This document shows, piece by piece, positions 62,690 to 64,000 of a stretch of DNA of 64,000 nucleotides. How positions within the stretch are numbered: the stretch's first letter is position 1; the number at the start of each line of letters is the position of its first letter. Location: assembly GCA_030704615.1 (NCBI GenBank), contig CM060733.1, positions 26,970,001 through 27,034,000 on the forward strand, read 5' to 3'. The position numbers and the translations under genes were made by a program. The notes under the pieces are model-generated. The model did no database searches. It saw only the letters and a list, made by a program, of their open reading frames with translations, and was not told the DNA's origin. This DNA is from Takakia lepidozioides. Lineage: Eukaryota > Plantae > Bryophyta.

Positions 62690-63322
62690 TGGCGGAGGGG
62701 CCAACCTTCCAGTAGTTCAAGCCCGGGCCATCCCCAGGAAATCGAGGCTGGTGTGGTTTCCAGAAGAAGTAGAAGTTGCAGAGGATGCCTCTATTACTCG
62801 AGTTTTTTAAGGGATAATTCCCGGAATCCAATATGTGTTGGCCTCAGCCGCAGTGAGCCTCATGTGTACAGAATACCGGAGAAGGAGGCTACCAAGGATT
62901 TTAAGTATGCGTGCATTGGCTATGGATTACACAAGGAAAGCGCGCCCTCAGCTAGTGATAGGCCTGTCGAAGGTACGGGTGAGCTGCCCCTCTGCGTTGG
63001 GATTGAATTTTTGGCAGACAGGAGGCCAACAACACAGGGTGCGCAAAATTCTACTCAAATCCCCTCTCAAAGTCCTGCACATACTACCACCACTGCTAGT
63101 GAATGTCCCCGCAGGAAGGATGCGGATGGACCCCCGGTGATGCCACGCCCACCCTCGTCCGTCGGAGGAGGAGGCGTTTCAAGTGACGAGTTTGCTACCA
63201 GATTCTTCAGGAGTGCGGGATTAGTGGCATCTGCAGTGGTTCACAATGTTAGCAGGGTAGCTGGCGTAGTTAGAACTACGATAGATGATATTTTCTATCC
63301 TGATCGTGGGCGCCCTAAGTAG
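62690..63322 (+). CDS. Conserved plant protein of unknown function (resembles Arabidopsis At3g51100 family, from recall), intronless; start codon unresolved, possibly a young pseudogene
   Basis: SCRGCLYYSS..NPICVGLSR, DFKYACIGY, ELPLCVGIEFLADRR, RFFRSAGLVASAV...IDDIFYPDRGRPK*. No in-frame ATG before the conserved part. Confidence 0.7.
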   Translation, partial: WRRGQPSSSSSPGHPQEIEAGVVSRRSRSCRGCLYYSSFLRDNSRNPICVGLSRSEPHVYRIPEKEATKDFKYACIGYGLHKESAPSASDRPVEGTGELPLCVGIEFLADRRPTTQGAQNSTQIPSQSPAHTTTTASECPRRKDADGPPVMPRPPSSVGGGGVSSDEFATRFFRSAGLVASAVVHNVSRVAGVVRTTIDDIFYPDRGRPK

Positions 63323-64000
63323 AGGTGTGCCGAGTCTACACTGTCAAAATTTCCTACACTATTCAGGGCCTCACTTTGTAATGATGAAGAGCATCGTTGT
63401 GATGTCTAGATTTTGCAACCATGATCTTACACTTGTCATTAGGATATATTCATGTTGTTTGAGTTTTGGGCTGAGGTGTGGATGGAAGGGTGCGGCCGAG
63501 AAGTATTTCAAGCAGCACTGTAGGTCAATCCACATGATTCACGGCTGCTGTCTGTACTTGTGGAAGACTCTTGGTAATTCTGGACAAAGCTGAGGACACA
63601 GGCACTCCCACGAATCTCCAGATGAGGCAAATGTTCGTGCAAGTTATGCACTCCTTTTGTGGCTGAGTGATTCTTAACCTGGTGTACGAGACAAAGTATC
63701 CTTGCCCAGAAAACTGCTGGCTCTTGTACATCATGGCACAACTAACAACAGCTAGACACTCCCCGATGTGATACCCACACACGGTTCTGGAGTGCAGTCC
63801 CTATTTTTGTTTCGATATCTGGGTTGCTGAAGTCTGGTAACGGAGACATTATGGATTGTTATACAGTTGTCTGCTTTTATTTCCTGCAATCTGTCTGCTT
63901 GGAGCAGCGACTGCTTTTCAACATGATATTCTGGATGTGATTGGCTGGTTAAAACAGCTTTCCTGTATATAGCACGATCACAGGCAAGCACCGATGAGTG

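Noticed and set aside
1-64000. CRISPR arrays, operons or prokaryotic defence systems
   Set aside because: The sequence is intron-rich plant nuclear DNA; no regularly spaced direct repeats were seen.

Overview
Eukaryotic nuclear DNA with spliceosomal introns, most likely from a non-seed land plant (bryophyte, lycophyte or fern; this is inference). Eight protein genes look intact and were reconstructed by hand: THO3/TEX1 (5'-partial), an inositol phosphorylceramide synthase (one GC-AG intron), TRM8 tRNA m7G methyltransferase, a DUF1442 protein, a COPT copper transporter with a GTAC-dense promoter, a plastid-targeted LEA-like protein, a BASL-like-motif protein and an O-fucosyltransferase-family protein. 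A ninth conserved plant ORF is intronless and has no usable in-frame ATG. Between them lie intron-bearing pseudogenes (eIF2-gamma, dihydroorotase, an unknown gene), remnants of pogo, Copia and Gypsy elements, tRNA-derived SINE-like elements and MITE-like hairpins. Three signals stand out. (1) Many introns have a C/U-rich 5' end and a G-rich 3' end with no polypyrimidine tract, and the two ends are complementary, suggesting structure-bridged splicing. (2) A decayed transposon-like region (about 48-53 kb) holds a spliced relic resembling a TET/JBP-type 2OG-Fe(II) dioxygenase, with a tRNA-containing mini-LTR in one intron. (3) A plastid ndhK fragment in the same region appears to preserve unedited C-to-U editing sites. 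All homology calls come from motif recognition; no searches were run.
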